64,000 bases of DNA from Fimicolochytrium jonesii (Eukaryota). The DNA lies in contig NW_026515682.1 of assembly GCF_025526975.1 (NCBI RefSeq), forward strand, positions 124,001 through 188,000, written 5' to 3'. The notes under the pieces were generated by a model that made no database searches, was not told the DNA's origin, and worked only from the letters and a program-made list of their open reading frames with translations. The position numbers were made by a program, and so were the translations under genes. Below are positions 9,447 through 20,078 of the stretch, in pieces; positions within the stretch are counted from its first letter, which is position 1, and each line of letters begins with the position of its first letter.

Positions 9447-11510
9447 CTAAGATTTATAGTTGACACAGTTGATAACAGTCATGTGGCCAACCTTTGCATT
9501 GGCCAGGAAACTACCAAAGCTACGGGCTACATGGGCTGCATCTGATTCTACTCCGTCAGGAAGTTTGGATGCTTCATCAGCATCATCCGCATTGGCTGAT
9601 TTGGGCCTCGCAGGAATCTTGACCTTCAACCGCTTGATAGGAGACTTGGGGGGATGCGCCATGGTGCTGACTTTCGTCTCGGTAGCCGTCCAGGAATTGA
9701 TGGTTTGCGTGCCAACAATGATGGGCAGCTCATTCTCCTTTCCCTTGGCGTTTGTTGGATCGAGCACTTTAGCGACGGCAAGGACGAGTTTCCTTCATTT
9801 GAGAGTACAAGGCAAGGCCTGCGGCGCTGCGGTGTCCTGAAGTTTTCTGGGTGATATCCTGATGGACCCCAGCTTCAAGAAGTGCCGTAATTGCTGTGGC
9901 ACGGCCAGAGTGCGGGACAAGCTTTCGGTCGTTGCAATCGATTCCAGCCTGAATGCACGCTTCTTTCAACCACTTTGAGATGGTATTTTTGCCAACGGGG
10001 GCATCGATGTACCATTTGCCGGATGCCAAGAGGTTTTTGGCTGAGTTTGCACGGACAAAGAATCGTGAAGTGTTCAGTCCAGAACGCTTCTCAAGGTATT
10101 TCCGAATGTCGGCAGAGGGTCCTGATTGCCCAACGGTGAGCGGAGTGACATTGACTCTAGCAACGAGGCCTTTAGCACGGCGGCCGCCCTGGTGATTCTT
10201 TTCAACGGTCATGGTTCTCTCAAAATAGTACTCCCCAGCAGCCATCATCTTCAGCTTAACCTCCATGCGGCTTGCCTCTCCTCCGCGCTCAACGAGGAAG
10301 ACTGACAGGTAGAGGTAAACGCGGTGGAGAAGGCTTTCCGGCGTGTCCACCGAGCAGAAGTGTGATGTGGACTACCTTCCACACGGGTTGTTTAACTGAT
10401 GTTCGTATACAATAACTACTTTGCTGTAAGGTATTGTAGACGGACTGGGTGTTCGTCGGCTCTGCTATGCAATATGTAGTAGAAGAACTACTTGTTGTGC
10501 ATAGGAACGCGCGACGAGCACTGTTAAAGTACCCATGAGGTCGGAGCCAACTGGAGAACACTGTCGAGACGCGTCATAGGCCAGGAAATACCTGTATATT
10601 CCCATCACATACAGGTATTTTTCCCCAAGGCCTGTCTAACAGACGCGACGTGTCGTTCTCCAATAAGACCAGACACTCCACATTACAAGAAGGCTGAACC
10701 CAGCATAGTGCGAAATTCTTCAAGGCTGAGGTCAGAGGCTGCGTTGGTCCCACCATTGCCCATCTTCTGTAAGTTGGCCATCCTCACGTTGAGAATAGTA
10801 CGTGCACCACGGAACTCAGTGTCAGACTGAATATTGACAACCCGGTTGTTTTCCTCCCCTTTGAGTTTGAAATAGCGGCCAAGACTACCAAAGCCAGTAT
10901 CCAAGCTGGAGTCACAAAACTCTTCCCCATTGTCCATTTTGACCTGAATGATGAAGGCTTCCAAGTCCTGAATGGTTTGCGTGAAGTAGGTATCAGCTTT
11001 GAGGTCAAACAAATGGACCGTGCGGAAGCAGTTGTGGGTTCTCACCTTGTTCAATTGAGCAACGTTGACAGTGCCATCTTCATAGGTCAAGTGGCACTCT
11101 TCCTTGTACTGGTTCCATTTTTTGACCCACGTCTTTGTAGAGCGGACGGTGTTTGGGTTGTTGTCTGCCTCCTTAATCCTCTGTATCTCCTCCTCGGACA
11201 ACGGTCGAAATCTCGGCGCAAGATTCTCAGGAATCAGCTTCCTCTTCAAAAGCAAAGTGATGGCAATGGTATCGTCAGGGCCTGGTTTGCAAGGCATGGC
11301 ACTGGGCTTATTGTCCTGGTCCTCAGCCTCCTTCGACATTCTCTGAGTGTAGTCCCACTCTTCCTGAAGCCAGTCAAAGGAATTGCGGCGGCCTCTGTTG
11401 TAGACTTCGGGCTCTGGCTCTTCCTGGCCTGCGGGGAACTGTGAGAGGGCCTCCTCTGCCTCCATTGGAGTGAGGATAGGGTAGTGATCATCACCCATGT
11501 CAGACAGCAT
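9447..11510 (-). pseudogene. Tyrosine recombinase (Crypton/DUF3504-like), interrupted by a solo LTR and a probable frameshift
   Basis: N-terminal part NNPNTVRSTKTWVKKW...FIIQVKMDNGEEFCDSSL...GSLGRYF...SDTEFRGARTIL. Catalytic R (VERGGE), K (EKNHQGG), HxxR (HSGR), H (SGHRS) and Y (LALY) are present. In-frame 78-nt GT-AG intron at 10968-11045; insertion at 10361-10687; frame change near 9795. Start codon uncertain (ATG 11510 is the first one inside the inferred element). Confidence 0.88.
10361..10687. mobile_element. Solo LTR (327 bp) of an LTR retrotransposon inserted into the recombinase gene
   Basis: Starts TGTGATGTGGA and ends TCCACATTACA (TG...CA, 10/11 inverted match). Flanked by the 5-bp duplication AGAAG (10356-10360, 10688-10692). 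Removing it restores the in-frame reading MLGSAFCSVDTPESLLHRV. Confidence 0.88.
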
Positions 11511-11730
11511 GTCGGAGGCTGGGGTGCTGATTGCAATGCTGATCTCAAGATCTGGGACGTAAGTTGGCAAGGCCGGGGTGACGACGGGAGACGTGGGTGT
11601 ACCTTGGCTGTCGCGAGTGCCCAAATCCAGGCTGCCCTTCAAGCGATCGGCTTTGGTAATGTTCTTGAATTGAATTGCCCAGTCCTGTGTTTTCAAAAAC
11701 AGATGTACATACAACGACGTACTGCTGGTC

Positions 11731-11835
11731 CTGGAATAGCACTGGTGTGATATTCCAGCGCATAGGTGCGTCGCGAAGTTGGTGCTATTTGACTTTCGAA
11801 TAGCCCTGGTCTTCAATAGCACCGGTGTGCGATAA
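11731..11835. repeat. Subterminal repeat cluster at the other end of the Crypton-like element
   Basis: CTGGAATA/TATTCCAG inverted pair (11731-11758); GGTGCTATT/AATAGCACC inverted pair (11781-11823); AATAGC(A/C)C three times; GTGTGCGATAA (11825-11835) is the reverse complement of TTATCGCACAC (9415-9425). Confidence 0.75.
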
Positions 11836-12114
11836 CTCAGGCCGTCAGGCATTCCATGTTTTGCATGTGGATCCAGACTCTCGGCTCAACTCCCACGCGA
11901 TTCCGCGGAAGCGAGACTTGTGGCCTCCTCACCTCCGTCGTGTCGAGAAACGCTAAAATACCTAAAACCTCGACCCATCGACCCATCACTGTACTCTCGT
12001 CGACCTGCATATACTTTTCAGAGGTGCCTTGGGTGGAACCCCGCTATGCAAAAAAGCCCCAAATCTGGAATCGCTGCCGTTCGCCCAACAACACCTCTCG
12101 CTCTCATCAAAGCA

Positions 12115-13177
12115 ATGTCCGCCACAACCGTCCCCGCGGTGGCTATCGCCGCCGTGGCTCTCGTCCTTCTGTTCCGACGGTTTCAAAAGTTCCGCTACAT
12201 AATACGGATGATCGGCCTTATCATCGCTGGTCTCCTCTCGAGCACGGCGGGCATTGTCGCTAGTCCCGTCATGTACCTCCTTGGCAAACCTAGCTCCTGT
12301 AACTGGGTGGTTGCCCGAACCATGAGGTTCTTGGGTCCATACTTCACGGGGATGAACGTGGTTGTGGAAGGCAAAATCAACCAAGATAACGTGCCATCTG
12401 TCATTGTATGCAATCACCAGAGTTCGCTGGACATCATTTGTATGTCCGTATCGAAAACATCGGTTTTGTCTGTACGCACTTTACTTTGGGCAGTCCGCTT
12501 AACCATCACGCACACACTGTTACAGGGCCGCCGTGATACCGCAGAACGTCGTCGTTATGGCCAAGCGGGAAATCAAATACGTTCCAGTGCTTGGCTGGTT
12601 CATGGCATTGGCAAATAACGTCTTCATTGACCGTGGAAACCGAACCAGCGCTATTGAGACGATGGCAAAGGTTGCTGTCTACTTGAAGGCAAAGAAGGTA
12701 ATTGGTGGCATGCATCATACATATGCTTATGCCTCATTTCTCACGCTGTTCTCTCCCTTGCAGCTCAGTTTGTGGCTCTTCCCGGAGGGCACTCGTTCGC
12801 ATCAGAGCGATGACTCTATGCTCAGCTTCAAGAAGGGCGCCTTCCATCTTGCAGTGCAGGGCAACATTCCCGTGATTCCGATTGTTTGCTCTACCTACCA
12901 TCCCTATTACGACAAGAAGAACTGGTCTTTCGAGCCGGGAGTTGTTCACATGAAGGGTGAGACCGACGCGCGGCCCTTCGAAATTTGGCGTTCATTTGCT
13001 CACCATTCTCCGTTGTGTTTCCGGTGTGCAGTCCTCGACCCCATTTCCACCGAGGGCATGAAGACAGCCGACGTTGATGCACTTATCGAGAAGACAAGAG
13101 CCAAAATGCTCGAGGCGTTGAAGAGCATCAAAACACTACCTCCCACCTCATTGGCCAAACAGGGCAAGGTCGAATGA
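12115..13177 (+). CDS. SLC1: 1-acyl-sn-glycerol-3-phosphate acyltransferase, multi-exon
   Basis: Acyltransferase motifs NHQSSLD, VFIDRGN, LFPEGTRS and FKKGAFHLAVQ; hydrophobic N-terminal segments. Confidence 0.95.
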
Positions 13178-13320
13178 ACCTCGTAACATGTAGCTACGAG
13201 AAGGCATCAAAGGGACGTGGAGCAGGACAAAATATATGCAATGGAGGCTTTGGATGTTCCGCGGCGTTGAGATTTTACTGATACGACACGATATTATATA
13301 TAGAGGTTCTACTATTCTAC

Positions 13321-14579
13321 TCAATTGACATTTCCATCGGGCCAAAATTCGGGAAGAACTTCCTGAAGTTCGTGAATATGGGAAATCTGAAAGTCTCCAT
13401 GCTTAGGCTCAGCGCTGACATCGTCAGCGACGTGAACCGCCGTCCAACCAAGTTTCTACGCCGCGTATAGTTTAGGGTCAGATACGTCGATGCAGGAGCG
13501 CGTGTTAGCCGGTTAGGTAGCGTATATCCCGGTGACATACCTTCGCCATGTCTATGTTCGCAGCCGCATCATCCACTAGGTAGCATTTGCTCGGATCCGT
13601 GACGCCAGCGGCTTGCATAACCTGTTCATAGTAAACCTCTTCGGGTTTGCAAGGAAAGTTTGGAGTAGCGTAGTCGCTGATGGGACGTCAGAGGGCAACG
13701 AGGTTAGCATCCGAGGATGAGGGCAGCTGCGGTCGTGCTTAACATACCAGAAGGTCAGTCCAGCGAACTGATCTTCGATTCCTAGAGCTTTCAACACCCG
13801 TCCGGCGTGCTACGGTGAGGACATTTGTGAGGAGGGCCTACACAGATCCTTCATCAGCGGAAAGGTACACGTACAACTTCGTATGCATTTGTGAACTGCA
13901 CAGAGCGGCGGATTTGTCAATAAACGAGCTCGGCCACAGACCCACATGCAAGCGGTAGCTTACCGCCCATTTTTTGACGCCCTGCATTGTTTCCAGCATC
14001 GTGCGGAGTTCAGGGTCTGGCTTCAGGAATTGCTCTAAAGGCAGTGCTTGATCGACTTCCCTGTCTACACCAATCGTTAGTCATAGTCTCCAACGGACGT
14101 TTGCGGGCATGTGGTGCAGGTTACCGTATGCCATCGGATCCACATCTGGACAAGAACGAAGCAAGCGTAAGTCAGGAGCCCGTTTCAGCTCATGGGACGT
14201 GCCAAAGTTTTACCATGATGCTTAACGAGCCCGCGAAGGGCTAAGCCATAGGTTCTGTAGTAGCGATGGTGCAGTTCAGTTGCTGCGGGAGTGAAACGTT
14301 AGACCCTCTGCTGTCCGATCGTGACCTTCAGCGTTTTTTATACCTTCTTCGTCCGGAAAGCCAAGCCGCTTGAAGTAGGCGTGGATCCTGAAAGGAGATT
14401 GCAACGCTTTGACCATCAGGGATCGGCTATGTAGTCGCTCAACACAGCTCGATGCTCCAGAATTCTCACTTTCGCCCCATCTCCCTGTAAATCCCGGTCG
14501 ACTTGGGGTAAAGGCAATTGTCGATATCGAAGAAGAAGACCTTCCCCGAAGTCTCTCCGGTGCTATTTGCTGCCGCCAT
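13321..14579 (-). CDS. SDT1: HAD-family pyrimidine 5'-nucleotidase (Sdt1/Phm8-like), many small exons
   Basis: VFFFDIDNCLYP (HAD motif I), YYRTYGLALRGL, FTNAY, LKALGIEDQFAGLTF, CKPEE, C-terminus IHELQEVLPEFW. Confidence 0.88.
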
Positions 14580-15292
14580 CCTGAAATGCGCTTTGTCGCG
14601 CCTTTGCCCTTGCCTTTTTCTTGCGTGCTGCAATGAGTGAAGTTCTGAATTTGAAGCAGTGTGGGCCAGCTGTAACATGCACATATGTAAGCGATGCTAC
14701 TGTATTCTCACGGTTCTCACCACGCGCGCAGCCAAGTTCGACAGCGCGAAAGGCCGGATGGGAATAACTGCAGCACCAGTCCGACCCCGACCGTCCTTAC
14801 CCCGGCTATGCAAGCTGATCGTCCTCCGTTGAAGGCATGTTTTCGTGCATGTCTCAGCAGGTAAGGAACGCTCATTGGAATATGAAAAGGCCGACACATT
14901 TGCAAAACGTCCATCCCGAGATGACACACTGAGTTTGGGGGGAACCGATCTTGTGAGCGAGGAAGCAGGGGAAGCAGGGGAACCCTTCAGACAGCCTATA
15001 TCATATAAGGGAGTCCAGTCTCGCAAGATGCCGAAATGGTGATGTTTCTCCTATACAGTAAGTTATCCATTTGAAAAAACAAAACAAAGTCAGGAATGCG
15101 CGACGCGTTGAGGGGAAAACCATGTCCAAGAAGGCGAATGTAAACGTCACATTTTGGCTCCTAAATCGGGCATGCCAGTGGTCATTGCTCAAACACACAC
15201 AAATTAGGGAAAGATACCCAACAGCCGAGACAGAGAGAATTGACGAGAATTTGCTAACGAACAGTGAACTCAGATACTTGGGAATCGTACGC

Positions 15293-18115
15293 ATGTCAAA
15301 TCCTGAAGTCAACCTCCCCGCTGCGCACGACGATGCTCTCTTACAGACGGCGCCCCCCCTTTATCGGGCGTCGTCAATGGTGACGATGGGCTCACTTTCG
15401 CTGCAGGACTCGAAAGCAGGTCTTTCGGCGGAACAGCTGGACGAGGCTCTGAAGGCGAGCTCGCCAAACTTAATGTATGCAGCCGTATCACTTGTCTGAC
15501 ACCTTACTCTTAGGCTATGCGCGACTTCTCCAGCGGCGAGCTGGACGGCCTTCTCGGCATCGACTTTGCTGTATGGAATTGGTCAAAGCCACGTAAGTGG
15601 AACCTGCAAGTATTGCGAAAGTGGAGATGGGCTTTAAGACTGAAAGTCTCGTTTCAGAGCTTTATGGAATCTGCTTGGGCATGTTTGTTCGAAACGGGCT
15701 CATACCTAGCAGTACAGCTTTGGCCCGCTTGCTCGATTTCATCGTAGACATGGCCGCCGGCTACTTCGACAATGCATACCACAGCTTTCTTCACGCCGTC
15801 GATGTTACATACATGGTGTACTGGAGTCTGGTTGACCTGGAATTGGCAGAGAAGTTGCAGTTTTCCACTGTTGATTTCGTTGCGATCTTGATTGCTGCCT
15901 TAGCGCATGACGTGCTGCATCCTGGTTTCAACAATCTATATCAGGTATACCTGTTTTCGCTTGCGTTTTCATTATTACCGTGATACTGACCGGCACTGAC
16001 GATCTTATTCGAAACCTGACGCATAAGATCAATGCCAAAACGGACGTGGCCAGTAAATACGACAATAAATCAGTGCTCGAAATGCAATCCTGCGACCATC
16101 TAAGTGCGCTGTTGGCGAAGCACTCGTGTTTGTCTGGACTAGAGTATGGCGAAGTGGCGAGCCATCTGGTGGACATTCCAAAGATCATCGAAAACATCGC
16201 GATTGAAGCCATCTTGCATACCGATATGTGCCATCACTTTGAGCTTCTTGAGAAGTTGAGCTTCACGGCGGAAGAGGTTATCGGACCGACGGATGATTCC
16301 GTCGAATCGGTGGAAGGCAATGAGGAGGGCGGCTCCGATGGCTCCGTAGAGGAAGCCCCTCCCACGAGTGCCTCCAATCCGAGGACGGCAGATGCCAGTG
16401 TGCGACATAGTCTCATCGAAGCAACAATCGACGAGAACGACCTGCCTTTACCGCAAGTCGGATCGCAACGTGTATCGTTGAGCCGGAGAATTTCGGAAGC
16501 CCGCCTGCGACGCAGTCTTACCCCAGCAATCGATGAAAATCGGCAGCGAGATGATGTGGTACTGGATGATGTGCAGGAAGACCCTCAGGCCATCCTGCTG
16601 TCTAAACGTGGCTCCAAAGGTCGGCTGCGGAGAAGTTTCACCAATCCCACGGACGATGGTGATCGCGCGTTGCAAGAGGAGCATATTCTTCAGGCGGTCA
16701 CAAAGAGACCGTCTCTGACGCGAATGCGGCGAAGCTTTACGGCCGCCATTGACGAGAACAGCGATGGTGAACCCAGCCCAGCCCCATCGTCTTCGCCGTC
16801 AAAGCGAGGTTCTGAAATTCGACACAGATTGAGTTACTTCGAGAATACCCTTCGCGAGGCACCTCATGAGACCTCGGAGGAGAAGTTGGGGCAATCAGAG
16901 TCGGACGAGGTGCCGGGGGAGTTGCGCATGACGCAGAGCCCTTCATTTGCGAAGTCGGAATCGCGCGAGGGATTGATGTCCGCCGAATCGTTGAATGCTG
17001 CAGATGCGAAACCTGACGATTCTGTGCTCGAACCGCCATCGTCGGATGATAGCAATCAGGGAGAGGGTCTTGCCATGGTGGGTGTCATTACACCACAGCA
17101 CAGACAAATCATGACGAATGCGATATTACATGCCGCAGGTACGCTATGTCTACTCTTGTACTCTCGTTGGTACTGACACATCCGGCTGATGTTCCGTCTC
17201 GTGCCATTCTTGGCATAAACATGTGCCCCTCCCACAGATATAAGCAATGCGGCGCGACCATTGGAAATTTGCAAACGCTGGGCCGACATGGTTGCGGAAG
17301 AATTCTTTCTCCAAGGCGAACAGGAACGCCGGACCGGCCTTCCAGTAACACCAAGCATGGATCGCGATTCCATCTCTCCAGCTCAGATCGGTTTCGATTT
17401 CAACACTTACATTGCTCGCCCTTACTTTGAGGTCCTAGCTGAGATTTTCCCCACGACACGATGTCTGGCGGAAAACCTGATCAGCAACCGGAACACTTGG
17501 GAAAACATGGGCGCGAGCGCGAGGCCGCCGGCCTCCGGGGCAGCCGCGAAATCGAACGGCGATAAACCCGCCGATGACTCGACAGCCGAGTCGGATACCA
17601 GCAACAGCACCCGCGGGCGGCGGCTGAGCTTGGCAGCCGGGACCATCGAAATTCCGCAGGCCTACGATATATTCGTCATGAACGCTGCGAAACGGTACCG
17701 ACATCGCTACAAAACCTCCCGCTCCCTCTCGTCCGGGCGGTCGCGCGGCATTAGCCCTTTACTCAACCACAATGGAATATCATCATCCATGTGGGCCTTT
17801 CGAGTCAACGACAGCCCTGGAGACTCGAACGTCTCCCTCGATTCGTCAGAAGCGTCCGAGTCGAATGATGACTTGACGGATAACGTGGCGCAGCTGTCCA
17901 TCCTCGCCACCAAACGCCGCTTCCCAGCGAGGCGGTGCATGTCTATGGACGCGCAGGCCACAGACCCAAATGGGGTTTTGTTCCAACGGTGGAATATCAA
18001 TTCTTTTGGTGGAGCGCGAGGGCAGTCAGTTCTGCAACGATCACCACCACGAAAGGAATCCACATCGTCGGCGTCGGTGCCAATGATTGACACGGCGTCA
18101 ATCTCAACTTCGTAA
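15293..18115 (+). CDS. Class I (HD-domain) cyclic nucleotide phosphodiesterase with a large low-complexity insert, multi-exon
   Basis: NAYHSFLHAVDV, AALAHDVLHPG, ILHTDMCHH, ILHAADISN (across a splice), WADMVAEEFFLQGEQERRTGLPVTPSMDR. Confidence 0.92.
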
Positions 18116-18401
18116 CTCCACGCCCAGTGGAGGAGATTTTGAAAATCTCTGTTTTTGGAAATGTTTTGGGATAGCAGAGCTCAACGCTAAACTTCATTGT
18201 TGCAGTTTCTGCGTCTGCAGCTACTGTAACTATCTTTTTTGTCAACTATCATGTCAAATGGTGGTCGAGGGGCGCCTCTGACGCCTGACTCTATGAGGTA
18301 CTTGATCGCATCCTCGCTCGTTCAACGAGCGATGGACAACCCGGGGGGGAAAGTGTGCTTTTGTACATATTAAATCCAAGTATGAATTCTGTCTATTCGC
18401 G

Positions 18402-20078
18402 CTACCGTACTAGATCCCCCGTTCCGTTGGCGGGTCCAGTGTCATCCGTGGATGAGGATCGACTGGCTAGTCGTCTCATTTTCATTTTGGCAACGGCTTT
18501 GAGCTGCATACATAAAAAGAGGAAGATGTGAGCTCGCGCGGGATAACCGCTTCAAAGGCAGGAAGCAGTCCCCAATCCTCACCACGGTGAATAATGGTCG
18601 AACGCCTTTGACAGCGAGAACGATATCTTCTTCCGTAATATCTGGTACAGGGACACCGATCTCCTGTTTCCCCGGTAAGGGATCCCGTCCGTCTTCCGTC
18701 ACCCATGGGTGAGACCGCAGCTGTTCGATCGTTATGCGCTTTTCCGGGTCCTTCTCTAATCTACAGAGCAGCGAGGAGAGGGTTAGCGAGAGAGGGTGAT
18801 GATTGTGCATGGGGCTCCCTGAATGTAACGTACAATCTATGCAGGATATCGGATTCCGCTGGATTCGTTGAGCTTGGGATCTCTGGCTCGTCCTTCATAA
18901 TCGTTTCGAATAGGTCGACTATAGAGGCTCCGTGAAATGGAAGTTTTCCGAACAGGATGCAATAGAGCGTGACGCCCATTGCCCACACGTCACATGCCCG
19001 TGCGGAGTGATTTCCATTGTGGGCTGGAAGAGAATAAGCATGTGAGTGATTGAATATGGAAATCCCAAGAACCGCCGAACGAAAGGTACTAACGAGCGCA
19101 AACCTCCGGGGCCGAAAATGCCGGCGACCCTGCGGACGTCTTGACCTTGTCATTTGCAGGGTCAAACATTTCCGATACACCAAAATCCACAATCTTCAAC
19201 GTTCCGTCCTCTGCCAGGAGCATGTTGTCGGGTTTGATATCCCTGTGTGCTATATCGTGATCGTGCAAGTATTCTATTCCAAGGATCATTTGACGGAACA
19301 GTCGCCGCGATTCTGCCTCCGAAAGGGGTTGAACTGCCTTTTCGGTCGAGACGTCAAGGATAGCACCTCGGGAACAAAGTTCGAAGACCATCCACAGAGA
19401 GTCCTGTGCGGAGAATGCGGTTCGGACGTCAATTCGGTGGTGGCAGAATCCAGAACGATGCTGCGAGAGACATCGAGATATGCGGGACGCCTACCTGCTC
19501 CGGATCGTCTAGCACCTCGAACAAGCTGATAACGTTGGGGTGATCTAGCTTCTTGAAAATAGCGATCTCCCCTCTCACAAGATCGATGGGATTATCACTT
19601 CGACTCAGCGCATCCGCCCTTTGCGTTGCTGCCGCACCCCTTCCACGCCCTCGAAACCTCCCACGCGCCCCGAATGCCCCTCCTTCCCTCTGCAGCTTTT
19701 GTCGTCGTAACTTTTGTTTCGAGAACTCTTTGATAGCCACTGGTTCAGGGTTCGCCGGGTCGGTGGTGTCGAGACCGTAGTAGACAGTCCCGTACGCTCC
19801 GCGGCCGAGGGTCTGCATGAGAACATACTGGTTTAGGGTTCTGCTGCCGTCCTCCGACTCCTTCAGGACGGCGTTGAGGGTTTCCTTAATGCCACCTGTA
19901 CGTACCGAAGGTCAGTGCGGTGGTTCGTTCAACAGAATTCGGGCGATATGAGAGTACCTTCTATCCCCGAGTTTCTTTTTGACCTGCTCGACGCCGGTCT
20001 TGAGGTAGGCGGACTTGGCTTTGGCGAAGAGGGCGCCGACGAGGGCGGGGTGGTATCCACATTCATGTGCGACATCAT
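18402..20078 (-). CDS. Ca2+/calmodulin-dependent protein kinase kinase (CaMKK/Ssp1-like), multi-exon
   Basis: LGRGAYGTV, VAIKEFSK followed by an Arg/Gly-rich insert, EIAIFKKLDHPNV, HRDIKPDNML, DFGVSEMF, AGSPAFSAPE, DVWAMGVTLYC, LEKDPEKRITI. Confidence 0.9.

Larger units (their letters stand above)
9249..11840 (-). mobile_element. Crypton-like tyrosine-recombinase DNA transposon (DUF3504 type), apparently full length but inactivated
   Basis: Contains an intron-bearing tyrosine recombinase gene and no reverse transcriptase. An 11-bp inverted repeat lies at 9415-9425 and 11825-11835, a long hairpin at 9252-9409, and a short CAG direct repeat at the inferred ends (9249-9251, 11838-11840). It sits between divergent housekeeping genes. 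Ends are inferred from the repeat architecture. Confidence 0.82.

Noticed and set aside
11511..11852. N-terminal ~114 codons of ORF 10683-11852 as part of the recombinase
   Set aside because: Its ATG lies outside the inferred element end and the stretch runs through subterminal DNA repeats, so it is probably open by chance.
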